DNA of 64,000 bases from Octopus sinensis (lineage: Eukaryota), in assembly GCF_006345805.1 (NCBI RefSeq), contig NC_043004.1, positions 53,010,001-53,074,000 on the forward strand. Reading direction: 5' to 3'. Below, piece after piece: positions 13,489-27,377 of this stretch. The notes under the pieces are model-generated. The model had not been told where the DNA came from and did not search any database. It saw nothing but the letters and a program-made list of their open reading frames with translations. Position numbers and translations under genes: made by a program. The stretch's first letter is position 1, and each line of letters begins with the position of its first letter.

Positions 13489-14280
13489 AAAAAACATACA
13501 CCTAATTATTTACAGTAGTTAAGATTTCTTATTCATATACAGGGAAACCTTAGGTAAGTTTCGGTATTTCAAATAATTATTTAAGTGTATACAGGCTTGA
13601 AATTATTTTCTGTTTAAAAAATGCTATAAGAAAGATAAAACTGCTATATGAAAGATAATTGCTAAAATCAAGTGATATCATATAGACAAAATACAGTGGC
13701 ATATATATATTTGAAATTTTATATCAAATTTTATACACGAATAAGTCGCCTGTTATGAATAAAATATAAATTACAAATAAAATATAAATGGTAGGTAAAT
13801 AAAAATATAGAATGCTTAAATGTATGTATTAACCTCATCTTAAAGCACGAAAATAACGTGACTTACAGATGAAAAATGTAAGAAGGGGAAAAAAATCAAT
13901 AAACTACGTTTTCCTGAACGAGTAAAATAATAGGGCAATAACTTTGGAGCGTAAAATATTAATAAATGTGCGCTGATGTTCAACAAAAATCGAGGTTTAT
14001 TGAAGAGGTTGTAAATCTGTATAGAATTCATTCAAATTTAATAGACATTACAGGAGATAAACTTCAATAAATCTAGCGTAAAGAAACAGCAACAAACGAA
14101 TTTTAGATGATACAAACCAATGAAGAAGAAATGCTAAACAATAGGACGAATCATCCAATATTTGTGTTTCATTATTTCTATTGAATACACGTGAAGCGTA
14201 ATTTTATACTCCATATATATATACACACATAACATAGATATATCCATGTATGTATGTAATATATATATATGTATATATGC

Positions 14281-14313
<33 letters not shown>

Positions 14314-14599
14314 ATATATATAATATGGATGGTGTATTATGCAGTTTACGGAAGCTTTTCTGCCTCATATCTTATATATAAGCGTGCCTAAGACAGTTTT
14401 AATATTATATAAGTAGACCCCTTATGTCTATGGAAAAAATTAATATTTTTGTAAGTATCTATCTCTATGTCTTCTGGGTATTATACATTTCTGTGACTGA
14501 AAATCATTTCTGCATATAAATATATATCAATGTTTTCGTTTACACGCGCATGCACACGAATGCATACATATTTGAGTATATGTGTGCCATGTCTCTATT

Positions 14600-14621
14600 T
14601 ATTTATCTATCTATCTATCTA

Positions 14622-14674
<53 letters not shown>

Positions 14675-14784
14675 GTCTGTCTGTCTGTCTGTCTTTTTCT
14701 GTCTGTCTGTCTATTTATCTTATGTATTCTTTCATGTCTGACCGCTGCCTGTCTGTCATCCATCTATCTATTTTTCTATCTCTC

Positions 14785-14850
<66 letters not shown>

Positions 14851-14875
14851 TTATCTATTTATCTATCAATCTATC

Positions 14876-14906
<31 letters not shown>

Positions 14907-15240
14907 CTGTCTGTGAGTCTGTGTGTATGTCTGTCTATTTATCTGTCTGGCTCTCTTTTTATCTGTATGACCGCTGCCTGTCTATCGATGTATCCCTATA
15001 CACACACACATATATATACATATGTATATACGTGCGTACATAAATACATGAATACATACATACATACATGCATATATGTATAGATGCGTGTGCGTGTATA
15101 TATATTTATATATATATATTTATATATATATATGTATGTATACACATTCATACATATGTACATACAGAGAGAGAGAGTGGTGAGAGAGGGAGAGGGAGAG
15201 AGAAAGATAAATATGTATATACACATGTGAATACACACAC
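14600..15240. repeat. (TATC)n/(TGTC)n/(TA)n compound microsatellite
   Basis: Directly visible. Confidence 0.92.
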
Positions 15241-15622
15241 ATATACGCTTATCTATATGTTTGTGTATGCGTTATGGAACATATATCTGGAGTAATCTTT
15301 ATGCCATTGTTTGAGGTATACCTCAAAAATAAGATTTATAGGTGAGTTCAGATGAAAAGAGAGCAAATTTTTCATAAGTTATGCACACACATTTTATTCT
15401 TAAAATCGTAATGAATCATACAGTAGATTCCCAGTGCTGTGGCACATAAAATTCAGTATTCTTGTAAATATTTTAAAAAAATATTCAGTGCAAGCGAGAA
15501 TTCTAAATTACATATCCGCCTACATAGATCAGTTGGGTTACAAAATTCTTACGTAGCTAATATTAACTCCTGCTCTTCTCTCTCTCTCTTTCTCTCTCTC
15601 CACCCCTCACTCTCTCCACATA

Positions 15623-15833
15623 TACTCTTTTACTCTTTTACTTGTTTCAGTCATTTGACTGTGACCATGCTGGAGCACCACCTTTAGTCGAGCAAATCGA
15701 CTCTAGGTCTTATTCTTTGTAAGCCTAGTACTTATTCTATCGGTAAGTTACGGGGACGTAAATACACCAGCATCGGTTGTCAAGCGATGTTGGGAGGACA
15801 AACACAGACACACAAGCACATACACACACACAT

Positions 15834-15876
<43 letters not shown>

Positions 15877-16033
15877 CGACGGGCTTCTTTCAGTTTCCAT
15901 CTACCAAATCCACTCACAAGGCTTTCCTCGGCCCGAGGCTATAGTAGAAGACACTTGCCCAAGGTGCCACGTAGTGGGACTGGACCCTGAACCATGTGGT
16001 CGGTAAACAAGCTACTTACCACACAGCCACTCC
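15623..16033 (-). mobile_element. SINE family B
   Basis: Reverse complement of the 10283 copy with a small internal deletion. Confidence 0.9.
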
Positions 16034-16419
16034 ATTCATAAATATATGTATATTTATGAATGCATGTATATTTATGTAAGTATGTATAAACATACGAAGC
16101 TTCCGTTTTCTTTTTGTATTTTTGCATTGTAAGATCGCACAGGCAGGATTTTATGAAGTGCAACATCTATAAAATTTTGGAAAATGTAACAGAGTGGCGC
16201 TCACCTAACGCAACGCTACATCCAGAGGACCGCCAATATTTTCTCTTAGGCAACACGCGGTGTCGTCTGAAAATTTGTGAGATTCTCTGTTACTTTTTGC
16301 GGTGCTTTTTATCTTTGATCGCATTGTTTAAATCGAGTTATTCCTATACGAATCGTCGTAACTTTCAGTGCTGGGTCTAATTACGATAGAAATGACTGTG
16401 AAACGGAAAGTTATATATA

Positions 16420-16775
16420 GGAGCATGCGTGGCTCTGTGGCAAGAAGCTTGCTTCTTGACCACATGGTTCTAGATTCAGTCTCACCGTGCGGCACCTTGT
16501 CTTCTGCTATAGCCCTGGGCCGATCAAAGCCTTGTGAGTGGATTTGGTAGACGGGAACTGAAAGAAGGCCGTCATATATATATATGAGTGGAGTGTGTGT
16601 ATGCATCTGTATTTGTTCAACCACCGTCGCTTGACGGTGTGTTTATGTCTCCGTAACTTAGCGGTTCAGCAAAAGATGATAAGTATTATAGAATAAGCAC
16701 TAGGCTAACAAAGAATAAATCCTGAGGTGCTCCAGCATGGCCGCATTCAAATGACTGAAACAAGTAAAAGAATAA
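16420..16775 (+). mobile_element. SINE family B, diverged
   Basis: Head, short internal microsatellite and tail present. Confidence 0.85.
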
Positions 16776-16785
16776 ATAAATATAA

Positions 16786-16831
<46 letters not shown>

Positions 16832-17398
16832 TTATGTATGTATGCATGTATATATATATATATATATATAGTCCCAATGAGGATACTTAAACCTCATGTA
16901 GGGATTTTTTTCTCCAAGATACACTGCTTTAATATACATTACTTTGAAGAGATATTTCTTGAATGAATATATTATATAAAATATCATAAAATATCAAATA
17001 TTATTATCGAGTTAGAAAACGGTGAGAGCTAATGGAGACATATTAGTTTTAGAATTAATTAACATATTCACCTACAATTATTTCATTTCATAATTAAAAT
17101 TGCAAAACATATATCAATATATATTACCATGTGTGGAAAATCAGCGGTGTGTATACAACACAATACAAGGATTAAATTATAATCCGTTTGGATTACTCAG
17201 TTTATATAGTCATGTTTATTATGTATGTATGTACAGCCTGATGATTCCCCATACAAAGTCTTTAAAATGCATAATTATATATTTATATATGTTTTGTAAT
17301 TTTTACTTTGCTTGCGAAATGAAACAATTTTAGTTGAATATGTCAACTGATTAATATATTAATTTATATCCATTAGAGCAATCTGTTTTCTAACTCGA

Positions 17399-17443
<45 letters not shown>

Positions 17444-18029
17444 ATTGATTCTCAGAGTAATATAACATCGTGACACCACGGATGCGTTATTTGGATTCCT
17501 TACTAGGAGCTTTAATTCCTAATCAAGAGACGTTTATATTATGAGTCCTTCGTCTCCGACTTGATGATGTTATTTAAACACAAACAAATGTGTTGCAGAT
17601 CTCACGGAACTCAAAAGATTGAGATTTTGCTCAGTTCTCTTGCTATTTCAGTAAGTTTGCCTTTCTTCCTTCCTGCTTAACTTGCTGCATTCAATCCTCA
17701 AGGGAAATACAAATGCCCGTTTCATACGTTTTCTGTTTGAAATGCGTTGTGATCCGCCTCGTATATAATTTATACTGAATTCATCCCAGTTAACTACGTA
17801 GCTAAAACTGTTATGTCCTGGGTCATTAATACCTCATTAACACTTGATTAATGTCATTAATCAACAAATATTGTAATATTTGTAATGAGGTTTGCCTCAT
17901 CACCGCCTTACATTTCGAACACAGGATTGCAAATTTATTTTTTATTTTTTATTCTTACATGCAAGCACACAAACACGCATACAAACAAGCACGCACACAC
18001 ACACACACACACACCACACACACACACAA

Positions 18030-18092
<63 letters not shown>

Positions 18093-18214
18093 AATATAAT
18101 CAGTGTCGAGGTATGGGTACATTATTATACGTTCAATCATAAAATCTTACTCTAATACGTACACAGACAGTATATTTTCTATACATGGGCGTGACTTCTT
18201 TGCATACTTATATA

Positions 18215-18759
18215 TTGGCTTGTCCGGAAAGTTCATGCCGATTTTTAAAGGAAAGAAAAAGGGTCAATAAATACTTATCATTACATTACATTTTTAATTA
18301 ACCAAATCTGAACCATTTTGTTGCACACTGCATCTCCATCTTTCCTTTAACTTGAAAATACTCTCTTCCCAGAATTGAGGTGGTTTCAGAATCTTTTTAC
18401 ATCATCCAAGGAATTGAAATTTTTACCAATAAGACTATTTTGCAGAGACCCGAATAAGTGAAAAATCGAAGGAGTGATATCTAGTGAATATGGAGGGGGT
18501 AACGCATCCCAGCCAAGCTGCAGCAATTTCTGTCTTGTTCCTAAAGCATCAAGTGCCGAAAATGAACTTGCTTCAATTTTAACGGGTTACAGAATTAACA
18601 CTGGTTATAGGAACATAAGCCTTCTTCCACGAAAAGATAGCTTAAACTGTGCTCTAAATGGAGGTGCAATCAAATCCTGTTTTATGGACTCAACCATGTT
18701 CTAAAATAAGTCGAAATGTAAGCTACTATAAATCGGCATGAACTTTCCGGACAACCCAG
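18215..18759 (-). mobile_element. Internally deleted mariner element (545 bp)
   Basis: ~30-bp TIRs TTGGCTTGTCCGGAAAGTTCATGCCGATTT / AAATCGGCATGAACTTTCCGGACAACCCAG, with TA on both sides. Minus strand retains PYSLDITPS and FKLKERWRCSVQQNGSD transposase remnants. Confidence 0.9.
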
Positions 18760-20129
18760 TAGTTGATGATAAATGTAGCTATTTTCTTCATGTGTATATT
18801 TGCCCAAATATACACTCATATATTTGAGCTACATAGTCGTAGGTACATAGTCCTAGGTAAAATACACGTATTAAAAGTATCAGGGAAAAGTGATACTCTC
18901 ATAAACAATCACCTGAATTATAAATCAATCATAACACCAGTTTCGCTCTTAAACATTTTCGTAGGTTCTACTGAAAAGAGATAAAATGAGAGTTGGTAAC
19001 AATAAGTTAAATGCAGAACAATGGTAAGATAAATAGTGTAAATGTCATCAATTTAAACAGCAACGATATGCCATTCTTTGGTGATAGGAAAAGGCAATAC
19101 ACCTAGAAATTGCACAAAAAAAAAAATGAGGAGTATGTTGATATATATTACAAATAGCAGTACCTCTTTGTGAATGAATTTATGAAACAAAAGGGCTGAA
19201 TGTGATTACCTTTGCTATAATTCAAACAGTTTTCTTTTTATGTGTGCTTGACGATATAATAAGACCAGACTGTAGGCAAAGTCTTTCATGATGCATGATC
19301 TGTCAACTACAGCAGGGAGTATGGAAGCGTTTCCCTATTTTCTGAGGTTCAGGAGCTGCAAAGCAAAAATACAGCTATAGCTGATGAAAACTACACCTAC
19401 CTCAGATTGATGCTATATTACATAGTTGTGTAGAGAAATAGAATCAGAGGTATTGGCACAAGCGTGAACTATTGTGTTGTATTCAAATTTGTGCAACAAT
19501 ATAGACACGTGATGACGGAAACGAATCTCCACAAAATATGTAGTTCACAATTGTCTAAATAGTGCCAATGATACCAAAGGTGACAATGGGGTAGGCAGGT
19601 GATGTTACAAGGTGATGTTTCTAGCCTTTTGAAAGTATCACCTCTTGCATTTCCAGTAACTGCCAGAAAATCGCTGGAACCATGTGCTACTACAAGACCA
19701 GCTATCGATGAGAGAGAATTAATCTCTTCAACAGCAGTACGGGTTACAGAATCGGTGCATAAGCAAAATGGTGAATTCGTGGAAAACAGAATTATATGAT
19801 GCTACGAATAGAAAAAAAAACAATGAGTAAAAAGCGGTGGTAACAGCAAGCAGGATACTTCCAGCGTAGGATTTCAAACGAGCACATATATTCTATGTCC
19901 AACGCTGAAGTATAGTATACAACAGAATAACACACGCTCATAAAGTACTGAACCTCATTAACGATGTTAATGAATGGGTGATCAATGAGAACGGATGGCA
20001 CAAAGAGTACAACGAGGTAGGACATAATAAATATTTGATGAAACACACGCCACAGAATATGGGCACACCCTGTCACAAATATATGTATATATGTATACAC
20101 ACACATGCACACACACAAATAAAACATAT

Positions 20130-20272
20130 ACAGATAGATAGATAGACAAACAGACTGACAGATAGACGGACATCAGATAGATTGATAGATAGATAGATAG
20201 ATAGATATATATATTGATAGACAGTCAGACAGAAAGATAGATAGATAGATGACAGATAGATATATAGATAGG

Positions 20273-20328
<56 letters not shown>

Positions 20329-20332
20329 CAGC

Positions 20333-20402
<70 letters not shown>
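20130..20402. repeat. (GATA)n microsatellite
   Basis: Directly visible. Confidence 0.95.
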
Positions 20403-20403
<1 letters not shown>

Positions 20404-20830
20404 GTTTCTTTATTGGCCACACAGGGCTGCACACAGATGGGACAAGTTACAAGGTAGAGCTTTTCTTTTGGGGGATGAAAAAAAGGGGGTGGCGTAGGTT
20501 TTCGATCAAGAGGGATCGTAAAAGGAAAGAAAAGAACCCAAAAAAATAAAAAATGAAAAAAAGATAGAATAAAAAATAAAAAGAATAAAAGAAAAAAAAA
20601 AGAAAGGGAAAATGAACAAAAGAAAAGAGAAATGAAAAAAGAAGAAAAAGGGGAAAAAAAGGGGAAGAGGAAAAAAAAAAGGAACGATCAATAGGGATCG
20701 TGTTATGATATATGGTGTAAAGGGGAAAGCAAGTAAGGTTTATGCGTGGGAAGAAAAGCCTACGAAAAAGACCACGGTAACCTTGGTCAATATTGCTATA
20801 TGTTACCACATTTGTTTGCAAGTGGGTAAC
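20404..20830 (-). mobile_element. 3' UTR fragment of an L1/Tx1-like LINE abutting (GATA)n
   Basis: Minus strand has a pyrimidine-rich body ending TGTAACTTGTCCCATCTGTGTGCAGCCCTGTGTGGCCAATAAAGAAA, similar to the 3' end of the 8585-9430 LINE. Confidence 0.55.
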
Positions 20831-21039
20831 CCTCTGTTTTCAATTTCTGGGTTCATAGGATTATGCTCAAGGTGGCTTCGTCATTCATACGTGCCATCCT
20901 TGCTACATTCACCCATCTTTTTTTAAAACATTCGCTAGACAAAACTTGCCTCTCTACTCTCACTTTCCTTTTCAAGTGGTACTTGAAGAAGTTGATGAGA
21001 GATTAGATAGATAGATAGATAGATGGCATATAAGTAGGT

Positions 21040-21111
<72 letters not shown>

Positions 21112-21136
21112 TGATAGATAGATAGATAGATAGTGG

Positions 21137-21435
21137 CAGGTGCGAGTTTGTGGTAAGAATCTTGCTTTACAACCACTTGGTTCTGTCTTCAGTTTCAATG
21201 CGTGGCACCTTGGGCTATCTATAAAAGCCTCGTGTGAAGGAAACTTTGTGAGTGTCTTTAGTAGACAGAAAGTGAAAAGTGACTTTCCCTTGGATAACAT
21301 CAGTGGTGTGGGGAGGGAAGGCTATTAAGCATGACTACTGTCCTTCCACAAACAACGTTGCCCGAACTTGTGCCTTTGAGGGTAACTTTCTAGGCACAAT
21401 CTCATGGTAATTCCATGACCGAAGGGGGGGTCTCC
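21137..21435 (+). mobile_element. Diverged SINE B-like head joined to a different 3' sequence
   Basis: GTGGTAAGAATCTTGC..GTGGCACCTTGGGC..GTAGACAGAAAGTGAAA matches family B; the sequence after it does not. Confidence 0.55.
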
Positions 21436-21439
21436 TCAT

Positions 21440-21507
<68 letters not shown>

Positions 21508-21724
21508 TAGTAGTATCAGCAGAAGCAGTTGCAGCATCACGCGCATTAATATTAGCAATAGTAATTCATCTTATTATTACCATCATACTCATCGTCCACA
21601 TTGAGAAGTTACATTACAACACAAAGATGCAGCTCTTAATACGTATCAATGCATATGCCCTAAAAAATGAAAGAACTGGAGAATGGGATATAGAAATGCA
21701 TAATATAATATATTTATATATATA

Positions 21725-22992
21725 CGAGGGGCGTTCAATAAGTAATGCCCCTGACCCACTTCCAATAGCAGTAGAGCAACGACACTTGGCACAGTTATTA
21801 ATCTTTTTTTACATAGGAACCATCCAGAGTTATACATTTCTCCCATCGTTTGATGCAGCTCTAGAGACCGTTTTTGTAGAAGACCCCAGCTTGGTCCTCC
21901 AACCACGACCTGACTTCAGAAATCAAGGCTGCATCATCTGGGAAACGCTTCATGGCTGGGAAGAGGGGAAAATCCGAGGGTGCAAAGTCAGGAGAGTAGG
22001 AGTTTGGGGGAAGAGTTCATAGCCGCACGCCTGTGCTTCTGATCTGGCCACCATCGAGTTGTGGACCGGAGCGTTGTCCTGCAGGAGGAGGATGCCTTTG
22101 CTGATCTTGCCCCGCCTCTTGATTTTGATAGCTTCTCTTAATTTCCTCAAAAGTGAAGCATAATAGGCTCCTGTAATTGTGGTACCTTTTGCCAGGAAAT
22201 CTGTCATCTCTACTCCGTACTCGTCCCAGAAGACTGCGAGCATGACCTTGCCAGCAGAGGGCTGCACCCTTGCCTTCTTTGGAGGAGGTGAGTCACGGTG
22301 TTTTCACTGCATTGACTGGGCTTTGGTCTCTGGATCATGGTGATGGACCCAGGTTTCATCCTGTGTAATCAGTCTTTTGAAAAATTTTGACTCATCGTCT
22401 TAGCACATCTCCAAATTCATCCTCGAGCACTCGACGCGTTCTTGCTTCTGGAAAGGTGTGAGCAACATGGGAATCCATCTGGCAGACACCTTTTGCATAT
22501 GCAAATGGTCATGAATGATAGTTTCCACAGACCGGTACTAATCTTGACCTCATGGGCTATTGGCGAATAGTTATGCGTCGATCTTCCAAAATGGCAGCCT
22601 CAACTTGACGGACAGATGCCTCATCAATGGCAGGAGAGGGTGACCAGCTGGGGGCTGTTCCACAGAGTTCCGACCATGTTTGAATTCACGATGCCAGCGT
22701 TTTACAAGGTCATATGATGGGGCATCATCACCATAAGTTACTTTCATTTCATCAAAAGTCTCCCGTGGTGTGCGTCCTTTCAAATAGAAAACCCGGATCA
22801 CTGCTCGACACTCAACAGGCTCCATTTCACACTTGACTCAGTTAAAACACCTGTAAATCAGAAACCAGAATTAGTTCAGAGCTGTAAGTTTCCACTTAAT
22901 CTATAGAGATATGAATAATCGCACATACAAAATTTCAGCAAGATCAAACAACAACAAGTGGGTCAGGGGCATTACTTACTGAACGTCCCTCG
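21725..22992 (-). mobile_element. Near-full-length mariner DNA transposon (1268 bp, DD34D type, Hsmar2/irritans-like TIR)
   Basis: 37-bp TIRs (21725-21761 and 22956-22992, 2 mismatches) starting CGAGGGG, with TA flanks at 21723-24 and 22993-94. Confidence 0.96.
21798..22825 (-). pseudogene. Mariner transposase, disrupted by stops and frameshifts
   Basis: HTH (MEPVECRAVIR..VKRWHREFKHG), WIP, ITQDETWVHH, KVMLAVFWD, LLQDNAPVH, a frameshifted YSPDLAPSD and KRWEKCITLDGSYV* are spread over several frames. Confidence 0.93.
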
Positions 22993-23101
22993 TATATTCT
23001 ACAGTAAGAAGCAAAATCAGAGTGATCAATTAGAAACAGTAAAGTGATAAGTAAGTAAATAAAATGATAAATATGTATATATTTGTATTTGACTGCCTGT
23101 A

Positions 23102-23153
<52 letters not shown>

Positions 23154-23419
23154 ATATATGCAAACATGTATTTACGCTCATACGCACAGTTATATATACG
23201 TACATAAACAAAGATCAAAGTACCTAAATGATATTTCACCCTCATCCTACTGACGACTGTTGTTTGTTGCTTGCGAGCATAAATAACAATATTCTCTATA
23301 ATAACAGTACTGCCTATAATAACAGGCCTCCGCATTATTTTCAAAGGTATAAACAGCAGCAATGTACAGTCAAACATCACAGTGAAGCTAATTTAACTGT
23401 TTACAAATACATTATCTGT

Positions 23420-23445
23420 ACATACGTATATATACATATATGCAC

Positions 23446-23501
<56 letters not shown>

Positions 23502-23939
23502 TATATGCATATATTACATAATTATATATATATATATATATATAATATTATATATATTATATATATATATATTATATATATATAATATATATATATATTA
23601 TAATATGCATATATTGACATATTATATATATATATTATATCTATATATATATATATATATATATTAGCATAACACACACATGCATGTATGTATGAATATT
23701 TTTTTATGGTAGGTGTGTTTATATGCATTTGTGTTTTATATGAAGGAATGTGTGCAGTGAGGAATATTTTATATTTTAAATCCCGTTTTCGTACGATATA
23801 TAGTCACATACTTAAATGGAGACGGTATGCATGTGAAGTGCTATCTATATAGTGTTGTATGTATTAATTATGTAATACTGCGCAAGTGCATACGTATAAG
23901 TGCATGCATGCCTTTATGAATATGTATATGTATATGATG

Positions 23940-23979
<40 letters not shown>

Positions 23980-24055
23980 TATGTACATTATGCGCATATA
24001 TATGTATATATATGTATATAATATAATATATATATATATTATATATACATATGAA

Positions 24056-24130
<75 letters not shown>
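23420..24130. repeat. (TA)n-rich and (GA)n microsatellite blocks
   Basis: Directly visible. Confidence 0.85.
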
Positions 24131-24132
<2 letters not shown>

Positions 24133-25201
24133 GAGATATGAATATATATCTCATACATCTTATATCATATATCATAAACCATACATCGTATATCATAATA
24201 TTGAAGTATCACATAAATTGTTAATGTGTCTATAGATACATTATTAGATAAGGCTGCTTATTTATATGCTGTTTTGTGTGTGTGTGTGTTAGCGTATACA
24301 AGCATACATATTTATGTGCGTATATACACATGCATATATAAACATGCAGACACCGAATTACATGAGTGTAAGTTACAAAACTATACACACTGGTAAACAT
24401 ATCGTTTTCCAATAAAGTGCATAGAATGAATAAATATACTGGAGAGAACTTATCTAAAAACTCTTAGCGTTTATATGAAAACATTTAAAATATTATTCAC
24501 TTCTATTCCCAGTAACATGTGAAGATTCCAATGCGTAAACACTAACACTTATATCAGGAAGGTATTATATTAGATTCAATCTTGGAAGACATATATCAAA
24601 GATTACAAATATCCGTGTACATTCTATGCATGATATATAAATATACATATAAGATTTGTTGAAATAAATCCACACGGAATATACGAGTTAAGTATCGCAT
24701 AAATATATATGTGCTTATTCACGGGTATCTCTACGTCTCTATTTCTCTTTCTCTCTCCCTCTTTCACTCTCTCGCTCGTATACGTATATATAAATCCGTG
24801 TTCATATATATGTACAAATATCTAATTGTATGTTTAAAAATATTAATTTGTAGGTACGTTTATATAATTATATATATTTGTGTCTATATGCATTTATATA
24901 CACAGCATTTTAATTTATTTAACTCGTCTCATATACTTACTTCTGAATATTTGTTGCTTTTAGATTATGCTGTAACTGGTTTTTTGATGCACTATGTTGT
25001 TACGTATGTTATTGTTGCTTAGATCTAGATTTCTATTCTTTTTCAATCAGGGAAGAAAGTGGTGTCCGTTGCCTGCTAGCTGATTAATGAGAATCAGAAA
25101 AGTTAATTCTTATTCCTTAGTGGGAAGCCTGGCCTAAACACTTGCAACAGAAATGACTCCGCTAAATGCACTCAGGATGCCGCGTAGAACATGAAATGTT
25201 A

Positions 25202-25577
25202 AAGGCGGCGAGCTGGCAGAAACGTTAGCACGCCGGGCGAAATGCTTAGCAGTATTTCGTCTGCCGTTACGTTCTGAGTTCAAATTCTGCTGAGGTCGAC
25301 TTTGCCTTTCATCCTTTCGGGGTCAATTAAATAAGTACCTGTTACGCACTGGGGCCGATATAATCGACTTAATATGTTTGTCTGTCATTGTTTGTCCTCT
25401 TTGTGTTTAGCACCTTGTGGGTAATAAAGAAATAGGTATTCTGTCTGCCGCTACGTTCTGAGTTCAAATTCTGCCGATGTCGACTTAGCCTTTCATCCTT
25501 TCGGGGTCGATAAATTAAGTACCAGTTACACACTGGGGTCGATGCAATCGATTTAATCCGTTTGTCTCTCATTGTTT
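25202..25577 (+). mobile_element. SINE family A dimer (full monomer + 5'-truncated monomer)
   Basis: Core repeated head-to-tail, junction at ~25437. Confidence 0.9.
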
Positions 25578-26017
25578 GTTTGAACATGAAAAGATTGTTT
25601 GTTTGAACATGAAAAGATTTCAACAGAGAAGTTGTAGAACCGAAACAAAATCAGGCAGCATATCTCGTGCGAAATTTCGGCTGACGGCCATCACAACACA
25701 CAGAAATAGTGCTTTTGTTTATAGAGTCCACAAAGAAAATAAGCAAAGTTGACCTTGAAAGGATATCTCAGGAATCTGTCATTGAAATATTTCAGGCTGT
25801 AATTATATCATCGTGAGCTATAACGTGTTGATACAAACATTATTTCTTTTACTGTTTAAGCGTGTAAGATGAGATGTCATGTGATGGAGATTAACGGTTT
25901 CTTTTTCTAGAAAGACCATGAATGATGCCGCATTTTGGCTTCGATTAATTTTAGTCCTTTCGATCAGTCATACTCCTTACTTAGTGATCACACAACAATA
26001 TATTTGATTTCTGCCAA

Positions 26018-26051
<34 letters not shown>

Positions 26052-26091
26052 TCTCACTCTCTGTCATTCTTTATATACATATATATATTTA

Positions 26092-26297
26092 CGTGGGGTG
26101 CTAAAAGGTTCTTGGCTTTAATGGTGTCACGAAAGGCTTAGTAGAAAGCCAAGTTCTTTTACAGGGCTTAGAAACACCGGAGGCCCATTGCTGTAAGTGT
26201 AGGAATCCTAGAGGGAAATATATTCCATTAAATCATAATTAAGTGATCGTTCTGGATTTTCTTTTACCCAAAGCTAGGAACTTTTCAGCAACCCACG
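26092..26297 (+). mobile_element. Mariner-derived MITE, same family as 12069
   Basis: TIRs CGTGGGGTGCTAAAAGGTTCTTGGCTTT / AAAGCTAGGAACTTTTCAGCAACCCACG. Confidence 0.75.
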
Positions 26298-26331
26298 CAT
26301 GTCTCTCTATGTATGTATGTATATACGTACA

Positions 26332-26710
26332 GTGGAGGCGCAATGGCCCAGTGGTTAGGGCAGCGGACTCGCGGTCATAGGATCGCGGTTTCGATTCCCA
26401 GACCGGGCGTTGTGAGTGTTTACTGAGCGAAAACACCTAAAGCTCCACGAGGCTCCGGCAGGGGATGGTTGTTATCCCTGCTGTACTCTTTCACCACAAC
26501 TTTCTCTCATTCTTACTTCCTGTTTCTGTTGTACCTGTATTCCAAAGGGCCGGCCTTGTCACTCTCTGTGTCACGCTGAATATCCCCGAGAACTACGTTA
26601 AGGGTACACGTGTCTGTGGAGTGCTCAACCACTTACACGTTAATTACACGAGCAGGCTGTTCCGTTGATTCGGATCAACCGGAACCCTCATTGTCGTAAC
26701 CGACGGAGTG
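26332..26710 (+). mobile_element. tRNA(Arg-like)-derived SINE family C
   Basis: TGGCCCAGTGG A-box and TTCGATTCC B-box. Near-identical copy at 40561; flanked by (TATG)n. Confidence 0.92.
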
Positions 26711-27089
26711 TAGAAGGAAGTATATGCGTATGTATGTATTTATGTATGTATGTATGTATGTATGTATGTATGTATGTATGTATGTATGTATGTATGTATG
26801 TATGTATGTATGTATGTATGTACGTATGTACGTCTGTGCTTATGCATATAATTATACATAACGTCAAGTTCCTCATCAGCGGAAACTGATATGCTAATAG
26901 TGACTCTTATATTTTATATCAACGATACTCGTGTTATAGCTTGAAATAATTTGAAGCTTCGTTTACATATTTATACACAACAATTGATAATATAAGTACC
27001 CGTGATATTTTTAGGAAAAACTAAAATTGTAGATGAAATATATTAAGGGACAACATGTTTATGCAGTGACTTACATTATCTTTGTGAAC

Positions 27090-27249
27090 AGGAGTGGCTG
27101 TGTGGTAAGTAGCTTGCTAACCAACCACATGGTTCCGGGTTCGGTCCCACTGCGTGGCATCTTGTGCAAGTGTCTTCTGCAATAGCCCCAGGCCAACCAA
27201 TGCCTTGTGAATGGATTTGGTGGACGGAAGCTGAAAGAGGCCTGTCGTA

Positions 27250-27319
<70 letters not shown>

Positions 27320-27335
27320 GTGTGTGTGTGGTGTG

Positions 27336-27377
<42 letters not shown>

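Noticed and set aside
19000-20075. Purine-rich stretch resembling an old LINE
   Set aside because: No diagnostic RT or endonuclease motif could be read
25571-25619. 23-bp tandem duplication (also 14-bp at ~12774-12804)
   Set aside because: Ordinary slippage duplications with no further structure
26332-26410. tRNA-like sequences with A and B boxes (also 40561, 56304, 10283)
   Set aside because: They are SINE heads continuing into shared non-tRNA bodies; no convincing cloverleaf
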